Of a DNA stretch of 62,809 nt, positions 1-9,028 are shown piece after piece; positions within the stretch are counted from its first letter, which is position 1, and each line of letters opens with the position of its first letter. Made by a program: the position numbers and the translations under genes. The stretch spans positions 1 to 62,809 of the forward strand of contig SVSU01000001.1 in NCBI GenBank assembly GCA_015064135.1. Direction: 5' to 3'. Origin of the DNA: Oscillospiraceae bacterium (GTDB taxonomy: Bacteria; Bacillota; Clostridia; Oscillospirales; CAG-272). The notes under the pieces were generated by a model. That model ran no database searches. It had not been told where the DNA came from and worked only from the letters and a program-made list of their open reading frames with translations.

Positions 1-577
1 CAATGTAGCTCTGGGGATTGTCGAGGATGTCGGGGGTGGAGCGATACATATGGGTGCCGGTAGAGCGAATCCACTTGTGAACCTCGTCGCTTCCCCAGTT
101 GCAGGCGGAGAACAGGATCTCCCGTCCGGTAGCCTTCAGTGCCATGGACATTCTGTTGTAAAGAATGGGGCCGTTTGCAAGCTTTGGCTTGTTGCAGTAG
201 TCATATTTGAGAAAATCCACACCCCAGTCGGCGAAGGTTTGGGCATCCTCAAACTCGTGATCGAAGGAGCCGGGGTAATCTGCACAGGTTCTGTACCCTG
301 CACAGGAGTAAATGCCGAATTTCAGACCTTTTGAGTGAACATAATCGGAAAGGGCCTTCATTCCCGATGGAAATTTCACGGGATCGGGCACCAGTCTGCC
401 ATTCTCATCACGGTCACGCATGGCCCAGCAGTCATCAATGACCACATACTCATAGCCTGCATCGCGAAGTCCCTTTTCAACGATGGCGTCGGCAGTTTCA
501 CGGATCACCTGCTCGTTGATGTTTTCACCGAAGGTATTCCATGAATTCCACCCCATAGGGGGAGTTTGTGCGAGCAT
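1..577 (-). CDS. GH27 alpha-galactosidase / alpha-N-acetylgalactosaminidase family protein, paralogue 1 (N-terminal part only; C-terminus lies beyond the window edge)
   Basis: The reverse complement of 575-577 is ATG, followed by MLAQTPPMGWNSWNTFG as in the four complete paralogues. Bases 1-170 are about 80% identical to 3441-3610. An RBS-like ggagat lies upstream at 583-590. Confidence 0.85.
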   Translation of the reverse strand, partial: MLAQTPPMGWNSWNTFGENINEQVIRETADAIVEKGLRDAGYEYVVIDDCWAMRDRDENGRLVPDPVKFPSGMKALSDYVHSKGLKFGIYSCAGYRTCADYPGSFDHEFEDAQTFADWGVDFLKYDYCNKPKLANGPILYNRMSMALKATGREILFSACNWGSDEVHKWIRSTGTHMYRSTPDILDNPQSYI

Positions 578-598
578 TGTGTTATCTCCTTTGTTGAG

Positions 599-1735
599 TT
601 ACTTTTTCTTTGTCAGCTTTACGCGGAAGATCCTGCAGTCGTGGGAGGGGACTTCAGCAAACACTGTTGTGTCTGTCCACTCCAGCGTTTCGCCCGAGAA
701 GATCTCGTACCCTTCAAAGCCGTAGCCTGCTGTGACGGGAATACCGATGTCGTACAGATTCATGCCGGGACGGTACAATCTATCGTTGAAATTGAAGAAA
801 GCGATGATGTATTCGCCGTTTGCCAGATGCTTGAGGAAGATGGGTCTGATCTCCTGATAATCGGGATGCTCCTGATACAGCATGGGTGTGCGCGCTTCGG
901 GGTCACGGGCGATGGAGAGGAGTTCCTCATTCTTCAGCAGTGCCAGGTCGGTTTCGTTGAGCTTAGAGAGATCGGCGCCGATCATGAGGGGAGAGTGGAA
1001 CAGGCACCACAGAGCGAAGTGCATTCTGTATTCCGCATCGGTGCATCCGCCGTTGCCCACGTTACCTGCACCGCGCATACCGACGATGAGCATATCGAGG
1101 TCGTTGAAGCAGCCGGGGAGGGAGTATGCCATCTTGTCGAACTGGCTTTTTGCGATATCCACAAAGGACTGGAAGTTGTCGCTGATGTCGCCTGTGGAAC
1201 GGTAGATGTGCGCACCTGCGGAACGGATCCACTTTTCAACCTCATCACTGCCCCAGTTGCAGGCAGAGAAAAGGATCTCGCGGCCCGTGGACTTCAGCGC
1301 CATTGCCATTCTGTTGTAGAGCATGGGGCCGTCCGACAGCCACGGCTTGAAGCAGAAGTCGTATTTCAGGTAGTCAACACCCCAGTCGGCGAAGGTCTGC
1401 GCATCGATGAATTCATAATCGAAGGAGCCGGGATAGCCTGCGCAGGTACGCACACCTGCACAGGAGTAGATGCCGAATTTCAAGCCCTTGGAGTGGATGT
1501 AGTCGGCGAGAGCTTTCATGCCTGAGGGGAATTTTTCGGGGTCGGCCACCATTCTGCCGTTTTCATCTCTGTCCTCCAGCGCCCAGCAGTCGTCAATGAC
1601 CACATATTCGTAGCCGGCTTCCTTGAGCCCGAGATCGCAGATGGCATCAGCCGTGTCGCGGAGGAGTTTTTCGTCAATTCTTGAACCGAAAGTGTTCCAT
1701 GAGTTCCAACCCATAGGGGGTGTTTGTGCAAGCAT
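599..1735 (-). CDS. GH27 alpha-galactosidase family protein, paralogue 2 (378 aa, no signal peptide)
   Basis: The ORF carries GH27 hallmarks: PPMGWNSWN, YVVIDDCW, LKYDFC and RSTGDISDN. It lies 21 nt downstream of the preceding paralogue and has its own aaggagat RBS. Confidence 0.9.
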   Translation of the reverse strand: MLAQTPPMGWNSWNTFGSRIDEKLLRDTADAICDLGLKEAGYEYVVIDDCWALEDRDENGRMVADPEKFPSGMKALADYIHSKGLKFGIYSCAGVRTCAGYPGSFDYEFIDAQTFADWGVDYLKYDFCFKPWLSDGPMLYNRMAMALKSTGREILFSACNWGSDEVEKWIRSAGAHIYRSTGDISDNFQSFVDIAKSQFDKMAYSLPGCFNDLDMLIVGMRGAGNVGNGGCTDAEYRMHFALWCLFHSPLMIGADLSKLNETDLALLKNEELLSIARDPEARTPMLYQEHPDYQEIRPIFLKHLANGEYIIAFFNFNDRLYRPGMNLYDIGIPVTAGYGFEGYEIFSGETLEWTDTTVFAEVPSHDCRIFRVKLTKKK

Positions 1736-1756
1736 AGTTTTATCTCCTTTGTTTTC

Positions 1757-2881
1757 TTAAATCTTTGTCAGCTTCAGGCGGAACAGTCTGCAGTCGTGCA
1801 TGGGAACATCTACGATGACCCGTTCGCGCTCGCCTTCCAGCTTTTCGCCTGTGAAGATTTCGTATCCCGTAAAGCCGTAGCCGCCGTCATAGGGGAGACC
1901 GACATCGAAAAGTCCCTGATACATGGTGCGGTCGCAGTCGGTGAGATTGAAGAAGGCAAGAATGTATTCGCCGTTTGACAGGTGGCGGAAGAACACGGTT
2001 CTGTCGTCACCGTCGCGGGTCAGCTTCATGGGAGGACGGGCTTCGATGTCCTGATTGATGGAGAGAAGCTCCTTGTTCTTGAGAAGTGCCAGACATTCGT
2101 CGTCGATTTTTGAAAGGTCGCAGCCTATCATGAGAGGGGAATTGAAGAGACACCACATAGCGAAGTGTGTGCGGTATTCCGCCTCCGTGCAGCCGCCCAG
2201 TGCCACGTTTCCGTTGCCGTGCATACCGCAGATGAGCATATCAATGTCGTTGAAGCAGCCGGGGGTGGAGTAGGCAAGATTGTTGAACTGGCTGACGGCG
2301 ATCTCCTTGTAGCTCTGGAAATTGTCGCCGATGTCGCCTGTGGAACGGTAGATGTGCGCGCCTGCGGAACGGATCCACTTTTCAACATCCTCTCTGCCCC
2401 AGTTGCAGGCGGAGAAGAGGATCTCGCGGCCCGTCTGACGGAGAGCCAGTCCCATTCTATGATAGAGAAGAGCACCGTCTGCTCTGCCGGGCTTGTAGCA
2501 AAAGTCGTATTTCAGGTAGTCAACACCCCATTCGGCAAAGGTTTCGGCGTCGATGAATTCGTGGTCGAAGGAGCCGGGGTATTCGGCGCAGGTGAGGAAA
2601 CCGACGCAGGAATAAATACCGAACTTCAGCCCTTTTGAGTGGACGTAATCGGCAAGAGCCTTCATACCGGAGGGGAATTTTTCGGGATTTGCGACAAGGC
2701 GTCCGTTTTCGTCTCTCTTGCGCATGGACCAGCAGTCGTCGATGACAACATATTCATATCCTGCATCACGGAGACCGAGATTTACAATAGCATCGGCGGT
2801 GTCACGGACAACCTGTTCATTTATGTTTTCGCCGAAGGTGTTCCAGGAATTCCAACCCATAGGGGGTGTTTGCACTAACAT
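1757..2881 (-). CDS. GH27 alpha-galactosidase family protein, paralogue 3 (374 aa)
   Basis: It has the same GH27 motif set (PPMGWNSWN, VVIDDCW, LKYDFC, RSTGDIGDN). An RBS aaggagac lies upstream of the start. Confidence 0.9.
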   Translation of the reverse strand: MLVQTPPMGWNSWNTFGENINEQVVRDTADAIVNLGLRDAGYEYVVIDDCWSMRKRDENGRLVANPEKFPSGMKALADYVHSKGLKFGIYSCVGFLTCAEYPGSFDHEFIDAETFAEWGVDYLKYDFCYKPGRADGALLYHRMGLALRQTGREILFSACNWGREDVEKWIRSAGAHIYRSTGDIGDNFQSYKEIAVSQFNNLAYSTPGCFNDIDMLICGMHGNGNVALGGCTEAEYRTHFAMWCLFNSPLMIGCDLSKIDDECLALLKNKELLSINQDIEARPPMKLTRDGDDRTVFFRHLSNGEYILAFFNLTDCDRTMYQGLFDVGLPYDGGYGFTGYEIFTGEKLEGERERVIVDVPMHDCRLFRLKLTKI

Positions 2882-2903
2882 TGTTTTTTGTCTCCTTATT
2901 CTA

Positions 2904-4025
2904 TTAAATCTTCTGGAGCTTCATGCGGTACAGCTTGCAGTCATATGCGGGGACATCGACTTTCAGATAATCCTTGATCAGGCCTGTCTTTTCGCCTGTG
3001 AAGATTTCGTAGCCGCTGAGACCGTAGCCGCTGAAGGAGGGAACGCCAACCTCGGTGAGATCGACAAATGTCATGCCGTCACCCTGATCAGTGAAGTTGA
3101 AGAGCGCAATGAGCAGCTCGTTGTTGGCAAGAACCTTGACGAAGCTCCGACGGTCGCCTCCTCTGATGAAAGCGGCAGTGCGTGCTTCGGGGTCGTTCAG
3201 GATGGAGAGAAGCTCCTTGTTCTTCAGCAGCGCAAGAGTTTCCTCGTCGATGTTGCGGATATCAGCACCGATCATGAGGGGAGACTGATAGAGGCACCAC
3301 AGAGCGAAGTGGGACTTGTACTGAACGGGAGTGCATCCGCCTGCACCAACGTTTCCTTTTCCTCCCATGCCGCAGATCAGCATATCGATGTCGTTGTAGC
3401 AGCCGGGTGCGGAATACGCCAGCTTATCGATCTGGCTTGTGGAAATGTCAATGTAGCTCTGGGGATTGTCGCAGATGTCGCCTGTGGAGCGATACATATG
3501 AGCACCTGTGGAACGGATCCACTTTTCAACCTCGTCGCTGCCCCAGTTGCAGGCGGAGAAGAGGATCTCACGGCCCGTAGCCTTCAGCGCCATGGACATT
3601 CTTCTGTAGAGAGAGGGGCCGTCCACGTGCTTCGGAACATAGCAGAAGTCGTATTTGAGGAAATCCACACCCCAGTCAGCGAAGGTCTGTGCGTCAAGAT
3701 ATTCGTGATCAAAGGAACCGGGGCGGCGTGCACAGGTCATGCAGCCCGCACAGGAGTACATACCGAACTTCAGACCCTTGCTGTGGACATAGTCCGAAAG
3801 AGCCTTCATGCCGGAGGGGAATTTTTCGGGGTCGGGCACCAGTCTGTCGTTTTCGTCTCTTTCGTAAAGGGACCAGCAGTCGTCGATGACCACGTATTCG
3901 TAGCCTGCGTCACGGAGACCCAGATCGACCATGGCATCCGCAATTTCACGGATCACCTGTTCGTTGATCAGGTGACCGAAGGTGTTCCAGGAATTCCAAC
4001 CCATAGGGGGTGTTTGTGCGAGCAT
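2904..4025 (-). CDS. GH27 alpha-galactosidase family protein, paralogue 4 (373 aa)
   Basis: It has the same GH27 motif set. An RBS aaggagat lies upstream of the start. Confidence 0.9.
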   Translation of the reverse strand: MLAQTPPMGWNSWNTFGHLINEQVIREIADAMVDLGLRDAGYEYVVIDDCWSLYERDENDRLVPDPEKFPSGMKALSDYVHSKGLKFGMYSCAGCMTCARRPGSFDHEYLDAQTFADWGVDFLKYDFCYVPKHVDGPSLYRRMSMALKATGREILFSACNWGSDEVEKWIRSTGAHMYRSTGDICDNPQSYIDISTSQIDKLAYSAPGCYNDIDMLICGMGGKGNVGAGGCTPVQYKSHFALWCLYQSPLMIGADIRNIDEETLALLKNKELLSILNDPEARTAAFIRGGDRRSFVKVLANNELLIALFNFTDQGDGMTFVDLTEVGVPSFSGYGLSGYEIFTGEKTGLIKDYLKVDVPAYDCKLYRMKLQKI

Positions 4026-4040
4026 AATTGTATCTCCTTG

Positions 4041-4256
4041 TTATTTAAACAGTGTGCATCCCATATCGCGGAAATGCTCGATTTTTTCACGGAGCAAGTC
4101 CTCCGTTACTCTGTAATATTCTGCAAAACAGGTGAGGCAGAGAAATTCCGTTGCCCCACGGTTCACCATCCGCTTGTAGATGGCGATCTCGTCGTTTGTC
4201 AGCTCTCTTCCGCAGGTTTTGCAGCGGTCGGGAGAGAGTGTTTTGTTAACTTCCAT
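4041..4256 (-). CDS. Small zinc-ribbon protein (71 aa, CxxC...CxxC), function unknown
   Basis: The ORF has two CxxC pairs (CKTCG, CLTCF). It is packed tightly inside the GH27 operon, 15 nt upstream of paralogue 4. Confidence 0.5.
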   Translation of the reverse strand: MEVNKTLSPDRCKTCGRELTNDEIAIYKRMVNRGATEFLCLTCFAEYYRVTEDLLREKIEHFRDMGCTLFK

Positions 4257-4321
4257 TGTTTTTATGTTGTTTCTTGATAGTTGATGATAGAATCACTGCT
4301 TCGGTGAAGCATTTCGGAGAA

Positions 4322-5653
4322 TCATACGATTTTTTCGATGAGCAAAGCATCCCTTGCATTGGCGCGCAGAGATATTCTTCCGTCTGTGATCGTTGTTTCG
4401 TATAGAGGTTCTATGCCTCCGGACGTGATTTTTGAAACCTTGGCTCTCGTAAAGGTGCACTCGGTAATCTCCCGAGATCCGTTGAATCCGTTGTCACTGT
4501 AGAAAACATAGATGTCAGGTCTTATGGTCAGTGGAAGAAGGACAGAGTGTGCATCCTTGAGAGTAATTCCGTTTTTCGAGATCGTCTCGTCTGCGGAACG
4601 GCTTATGATTCCGTCGGAAAAGAACGCTGTCTTGCCGGATTCGTCGTTTTCAATGCCCTCGCGTTTGTGGTCGCAAAGATAGAAATACGGGAGCTGGATC
4701 ATGCAGAATTCGCGGAGGAACGGAGCAATCCATGCATCACCTTCCGCACCCCAGAGATGTTCTCCCTGGATGTTGCCGTAAAACGTATATAGAAAAGCAG
4801 GATCGCCCGGCATTCCTCCCGTAAGTTGCTGAGGAGGGTAGGCAAGGTATTCCTCATCACGGACATTGGTGATCCACCATACAGCCGGGATGCGTCCGAT
4901 GATGTCGATGGGGTATACGGAATGTGTTCGGCAGTATTTGTTGTAGTTATCACGTCCGTCGGGACCTTCACGATAGGCTAACTCGGAGGTGATATCCAGA
5001 CCGCGGGATCTTACATAATCAATGATGCTGCTGCGTGCTTTTTGAGCATCGGCAATATCGACCTCCGGTGCGTTGTTGTAGTAGCACTGGAAGTTGTCCA
5101 CATGGATTGTGCCTGTCTGTGCAGCAGGAATTGAAGCGAGGAATCGCTCGAAACGTCGGCGAAACAGTCCACTGTTCCATTCTTCATAGAACGATATTTT
5201 ATAGCATTCCTTGTCATTGTATTCCTCAATGGGATCGGGGGTACCATCAGGCTTTCGTATCAGCGCACCTGCTGAAAGATAATCTGTGAATTGTTCGGAA
5301 TCCGTATAAGCATCGGTGAAATTGACATGGAAGCTGACCGTGGTGTTGAATCGCTTTGATTCCTCCATGAGCCAAACGAGACTGTCGAGTGCGGTCGCAT
5401 CATCCGGGCGCTTTAAGGCTTTGTTGACTTCGAAAAGATCCGGATACCGATTGTCATGCCCGTTGTACTGCCAGCCGACAAGATAGATGATCTTTGGCAC
5501 ACCGAGAGTCAGCGCATCGGTTTTCTTTATAATATCCAGCGCTCTTTCAAAATTGATTTTGACATTTGAACCGCCATCTTTGTCGGGGACGGCGAGGAAC
5601 ATCTTCATCATCATAGTTTTGGTGTAGTCAAAATTGAACCCGTATTCTGTCAT
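4322..5653 (-). CDS. Putative glycoside hydrolase, GH101/GH129-like (endo-alpha-N-acetylgalactosaminidase-type TIM barrel), 443 aa, no signal peptide
   Basis: The segments IYLVGWQYNGHDNRYPD and SFHVNFTDAYTDSE resemble the remembered GH101 catalytic-domain pattern (KGY..GHD..HPDY, GVHINATEAYPE). The family assignment comes from memory only. Confidence 0.5.
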   Translation of the reverse strand: MTEYGFNFDYTKTMMMKMFLAVPDKDGGSNVKINFERALDIIKKTDALTLGVPKIIYLVGWQYNGHDNRYPDLFEVNKALKRPDDATALDSLVWLMEESKRFNTTVSFHVNFTDAYTDSEQFTDYLSAGALIRKPDGTPDPIEEYNDKECYKISFYEEWNSGLFRRRFERFLASIPAAQTGTIHVDNFQCYYNNAPEVDIADAQKARSSIIDYVRSRGLDITSELAYREGPDGRDNYNKYCRTHSVYPIDIIGRIPAVWWITNVRDEEYLAYPPQQLTGGMPGDPAFLYTFYGNIQGEHLWGAEGDAWIAPFLREFCMIQLPYFYLCDHKREGIENDESGKTAFFSDGIISRSADETISKNGITLKDAHSVLLPLTIRPDIYVFYSDNGFNGSREITECTFTRAKVSKITSGGIEPLYETTITDGRISLRANARDALLIEKIV

Positions 5654-5700
5654 GGTGGACTCCTTTTCTTACCGTCAAGGTGGGGGTGTTTTCCGAAAAA

Positions 5701-6843
5701 TTACTTTTTCAGCTGCAGACGGTAGATCTTGCAGTCGTGGGTGGGAACGTTGGTTTCGAAGAAGTTCTTAACCACACCCTTTGTCCGTTCGCCGGAGAAG
5801 ATTTCGTAGCCCTCGAAGCCGTAGCCGCTGGCAACTGTGATACCCAGGTCGTAAAGCTCAACCTTGAATGCAGCTTCATAGGAATCGTGGAAGTTGAAGA
5901 ACGCCAGGATGTATTCGCCATTAGAGAGGTGCTTGAAGAATACATGGCGGTCGATCCACTGAACCTGAGGATACTGCTGTGCCATTTTTCTGGGGGGACG
6001 TGCTTCGGGGTCCTTCAGGATAGAGAGAAGTTCCTTGTTCTTCAGAAGCTCGATGCAGGCGTCATCCATCTTGGAGAGATCGCCGCCGATCATGAGGGGA
6101 GACTGGAACAGGCACCACAGAGCGAAGTGCATTCTGTATTCGTTGTATGTGCATCCGCCTGCACCTACGTTTCCGTTGCCGTTCATGCCGACGATCAGCA
6201 TATCGAGGTCGTTGTAGCAAGCGGGTGCGGAGTATGCGATCTTTTCGATCTGGCTTTCCATGATGTCACGGAAGCTCTTCAGGTTGTCGCAGATATCGCC
6301 CGTGGAGCGATACATATGGGCACCTGTGGAGCGGATCCACTTTTCGCTTTCGTCAGCCCCCCAGTTGCAGGCGGAGAAGAGGATCTCACGTCCCGTAGCC
6401 TTCAGCGCCATGCTCATTCTGTTGTAGAGGATGGGGCCGTTTGCCAGTTTGGGTCTGTCGCAGTAGTCGTACTTCAGGAAGTCAACTTCCCAATCAGCGA
6501 AGGTCTGGGCGTCGATGAATTCGTAGTCGAAGGAACCGGGATAGCCGTCACAGGTAGTTGTACCTGCGCAGGCGTACATACCGAACTTCAGACCCTTTGA
6601 GTGGATGTAGTCGGCAAGAGCCTTCATGCCGGAGGGGAATTTTTCGGGGTCGGGGATGATGCGTCCGTCAGCACCTCTCTGCATGAGGGACCAGCAGTCG
6701 TCGATTACGACATATTCGTATCCCGCGTCCTTCAGACCGAGATTAACGATGGCATCGGCGGTGTCACGAACAACCTGTTCGTTGATGTTTCTGCCGAATG
6801 TGTTCCAAGAGTTCCATCCCATGGGGGGAGTTTGAGCCAGCAT
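5701..6843 (-). CDS. GH27 alpha-galactosidase family protein, paralogue 5 (380 aa), first gene of the operon
   Basis: It has the GH27 motif set. An RBS aaaggagat and a sigma-A-like promoter lie upstream. Confidence 0.9.
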   Translation of the reverse strand: MLAQTPPMGWNSWNTFGRNINEQVVRDTADAIVNLGLKDAGYEYVVIDDCWSLMQRGADGRIIPDPEKFPSGMKALADYIHSKGLKFGMYACAGTTTCDGYPGSFDYEFIDAQTFADWEVDFLKYDYCDRPKLANGPILYNRMSMALKATGREILFSACNWGADESEKWIRSTGAHMYRSTGDICDNLKSFRDIMESQIEKIAYSAPACYNDLDMLIVGMNGNGNVGAGGCTYNEYRMHFALWCLFQSPLMIGGDLSKMDDACIELLKNKELLSILKDPEARPPRKMAQQYPQVQWIDRHVFFKHLSNGEYILAFFNFHDSYEAAFKVELYDLGITVASGYGFEGYEIFSGERTKGVVKNFFETNVPTHDCKIYRLQLKK

Positions 6844-6915
6844 ATTTTTATCTCCTTTTTTTGGAAAAATTTTTCTTTGTTTTTCATTATTCGATGAGCA
6901 TAATGAGCCATAAAA

Positions 6916-6944
6916 ATCATATCATATACAATCGCTTTTGTCAA
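6916..6944 (-). promoter_or_regulatory. Sigma-A-type promoter of the GH27 operon
   Basis: On the minus strand, TTGACA (6939-6944) is followed by 17 nt and then TATGAT (6916-6921). Confidence 0.5.
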
Positions 6945-6994
6945 GCAATGCGGTAAAGTTATTTGTGAAAAATCACAGAAAAAAAGCGGTTTCG

Positions 6995-7555
6995 CTAATG
7001 TTCTTTCGTACTTTGCCAAAGGAAGTAGAAAGAAGCGGCAAGGATGGAGAGATTGGGGTGAACGCGAAGCTGGATCCATACGGCACCCATCCAGAAAAGG
7101 CCTGCGGTGATAAGGGAAACGACCTTTAAAAAGGCACAGGCGCGGTCGGGAAGCATGAAATGAGCGAGGAGACAGAAAAGGGCTTCACCCCCATCCAATC
7201 CCCGAATGGGGAGGAGATTGATAAGCGCCATAACAGCGGAAACCAGGGTGAAATAGGAGAGACGAGGGGACACCTTATAGGCAGCGAAGGCGGCGAGGAG
7301 ACCGACGGCACTGCCCGAGATGATAATGAAAAATTCCTTTATGTAGGAGACCGTGGTGAAGTCGAAGGAAAGGGAAAAACCGTGGATGCCGAGGGAGAGG
7401 GCGGTGACGGGGGCTTTCATCAATCGTGCGGCAAGAATGTGACCTCCTTCATGGATGAGCACCGCAAGGACGAGCATGAGAGGGGACTTTACCCCATGAA
7501 AGAGGGAGAGGGCGAAAAACAGGCATACAAAGGGGAGACCCAAGCGAAATGACAC
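6995..7555 (-). CDS. Site-2 protease family (peptidase M50), short SpoIVFB-like membrane metalloprotease (186 aa, GTG start)
   Basis: It has an HEGGH zinc motif and NLLPIRGLDGG in multi-pass hydrophobic sequence. GGAGG lies 7 nt upstream of the GTG start. Confidence 0.8.
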   Translation of the reverse strand: MSFRLGLPFVCLFFALSLFHGVKSPLMLVLAVLIHEGGHILAARLMKAPVTALSLGIHGFSLSFDFTTVSYIKEFFIIISGSAVGLLAAFAAYKVSPRLSYFTLVSAVMALINLLPIRGLDGGEALFCLLAHFMLPDRACAFLKVVSLITAGLFWMGAVWIQLRVHPNLSILAASFYFLWQSTKEH

Positions 7556-7582
7556 AGTTTATCCTCCGATTATCAACCAAAA

Positions 7583-7978
7583 TCAACCGACAAGGAGATC
7601 CGCCATCAAGTCCCCCAGATATTCCCAAAGGTTCCATTGTCCGCCCATGTAGCCGAATGGCTCACCCGATGTGTCTCGGACATTTTTGCGGAGGATTTCG
7701 CGCATCTCTTCTGCCGATTGCGGTATATTATCGGGGGTGGGGGCGAGGGAGGATGAGTCCACGGCGGTGCTCATGGCAGGGACGGAAGATGAGGCGAGGA
7801 CGGACTCGGCACGGTGTGCATCAGCGGTGAGGGAGCTGCCCGAGAGAGTGCCGACGAAGAACACCGCCGCGGTGATCGTGCCGCAGATGAGGGCGGTGTC
7901 GGCACAGCGGTTTCTTTGAGCCTGCGCGGATGGGGTGGAACGTCCTTTTCCGAATCGGAGTGTGGCTTTCTTTGGCAT
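7583..7978 (-). CDS. Hypothetical single-pass membrane protein (132 aa)
   Basis: The ATG at 7978 is preceded by aaggaggt. One hydrophobic helix (ALICGTITAAVFFVGTL) is present. I recognised no family. Confidence 0.5.
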   Translation of the reverse strand: MPKKATLRFGKGRSTPSAQAQRNRCADTALICGTITAAVFFVGTLSGSSLTADAHRAESVLASSSVPAMSTAVDSSSLAPTPDNIPQSAEEMREILRKNVRDTSGEPFGYMGGQWNLWEYLGDLMADLLVG

Positions 7979-8140
7979 AACATACCTCCTTGTGTGCAGG
8001 GATGAAATTGCGATTTCTTGATTTTTCTGCGCTTTCCCCTTCGGCTGTTGACAAGCCGGTGGTTGTAAAGTATAATGAAGAAAATGCAATATCAATATAT
8101 GAAATTTGTATTCTCAAAAGAACGCGGAGGTATTTTCGGG

Positions 8141-8932
8141 ATGACAGACTTGATCATTTTCAGCGGACAGAGCAATATGCAGGGGCAGACGGAGCGCCTT
8201 CTGGGCGATACACCGATTGACGGATGCGCGGAATACCGCTTTCTTACCGATTCACTTGTCCCCTTGAAGAACCCCTGTGGTGAGGACATCCGTTACGACG
8301 GCACCGAGGGTTTCGCTTTCGGCACACCGGGGACGGAAAACTGGCACGGTCAGATGGCACTGGGCAGTACGGTTTACGGCTATACCTCCCTTGTTCCCTT
8401 TTTTTGCGACGCATACCGAAAAACAGCCCCCCACCATCCATGTGTGACAGCAGTTCACGCCGCAAAGGGTGCCACACAGCTCGCGTATTGGATGCCCGAC
8501 AGCGAAGGCTATCCCATGCTTGTGCGCAAAGCGGAGGCTGCCATTGCAAAAACGGGGGAGATAAACCGCAGATATATGATCTGGCTCCAGGGCGAGAGCG
8601 ATGCCATTGCAGGGGTCAAAAAAGACGAGTATAAACGCTCTCTTCGCGAATTTGCATACAGCCTGAAGGCAAGATTTTCCCTTGATCGCTTCGGTATCAT
8701 CCGTGTGGGGCAGTTTACCATGGACGAGAGGGACTTCGAGATCATCCGCGCCCAGGACGAGCTTTGCTGTGAGGACGACTTCTTTCTCATGCTCACCACC
8801 GCAGCGTTGGATTTCTGCACAAAAGAGGAATATAAGCATTTCATGAACCCCGAGGCTCACGGACATTACAGCGCGGCAGGACTTTGCGAGCTCGGCAGAT
8901 TGGCAGGCACGGCTCTCGGCGAGTCGGTGTAA
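8141..8932 (+). CDS. Sialate O-acetylesterase-like carbohydrate esterase (DUF303/SGNH-type)
   Basis: The N-terminal IIFSGQSNMQG motif is typical of 9-O-acetylesterase-like proteins. GGAGG lies 10 nt upstream of the ATG at 8141. Confidence 0.65.
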   Translation: MTDLIIFSGQSNMQGQTERLLGDTPIDGCAEYRFLTDSLVPLKNPCGEDIRYDGTEGFAFGTPGTENWHGQMALGSTVYGYTSLVPFFCDAYRKTAPHHPCVTAVHAAKGATQLAYWMPDSEGYPMLVRKAEAAIAKTGEINRRYMIWLQGESDAIAGVKKDEYKRSLREFAYSLKARFSLDRFGIIRVGQFTMDERDFEIIRAQDELCCEDDFFLMLTTAALDFCTKEEYKHFMNPEAHGHYSAAGLCELGRLAGTALGESV

Positions 8933-9028
8933 AAGAAACGAAATTCGGTTCCCTTGATTTTTAAAAATTCTTGACTATTTTGAAATAATGGTGTATAGTT
9001 ATAATATACTGAAAAAATCGAGGCAATC

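Noticed and set aside
2718-4277. A 519-aa plus-strand ORF, plus similar ORFs at 566-1525, 2165-2638 and 5680-6600, lying opposite the GH27 genes.
   Set aside because: They are antisense to ORFs with clear GH27 motifs. They have no RBS or recognisable domains and have low-complexity, Val/Gly/Ala-rich composition. This is the typical stop-poor antisense frame of GC-rich third-position coding.
1-6843. The GH27 tandem array as an assembly artefact caused by collapsed or duplicated reads.
   Set aside because: The copies differ at many positions along their length at both nucleotide and protein level and have different lengths (373-380 aa). Each has distinct junctions, which is inconsistent with artefactual duplication.
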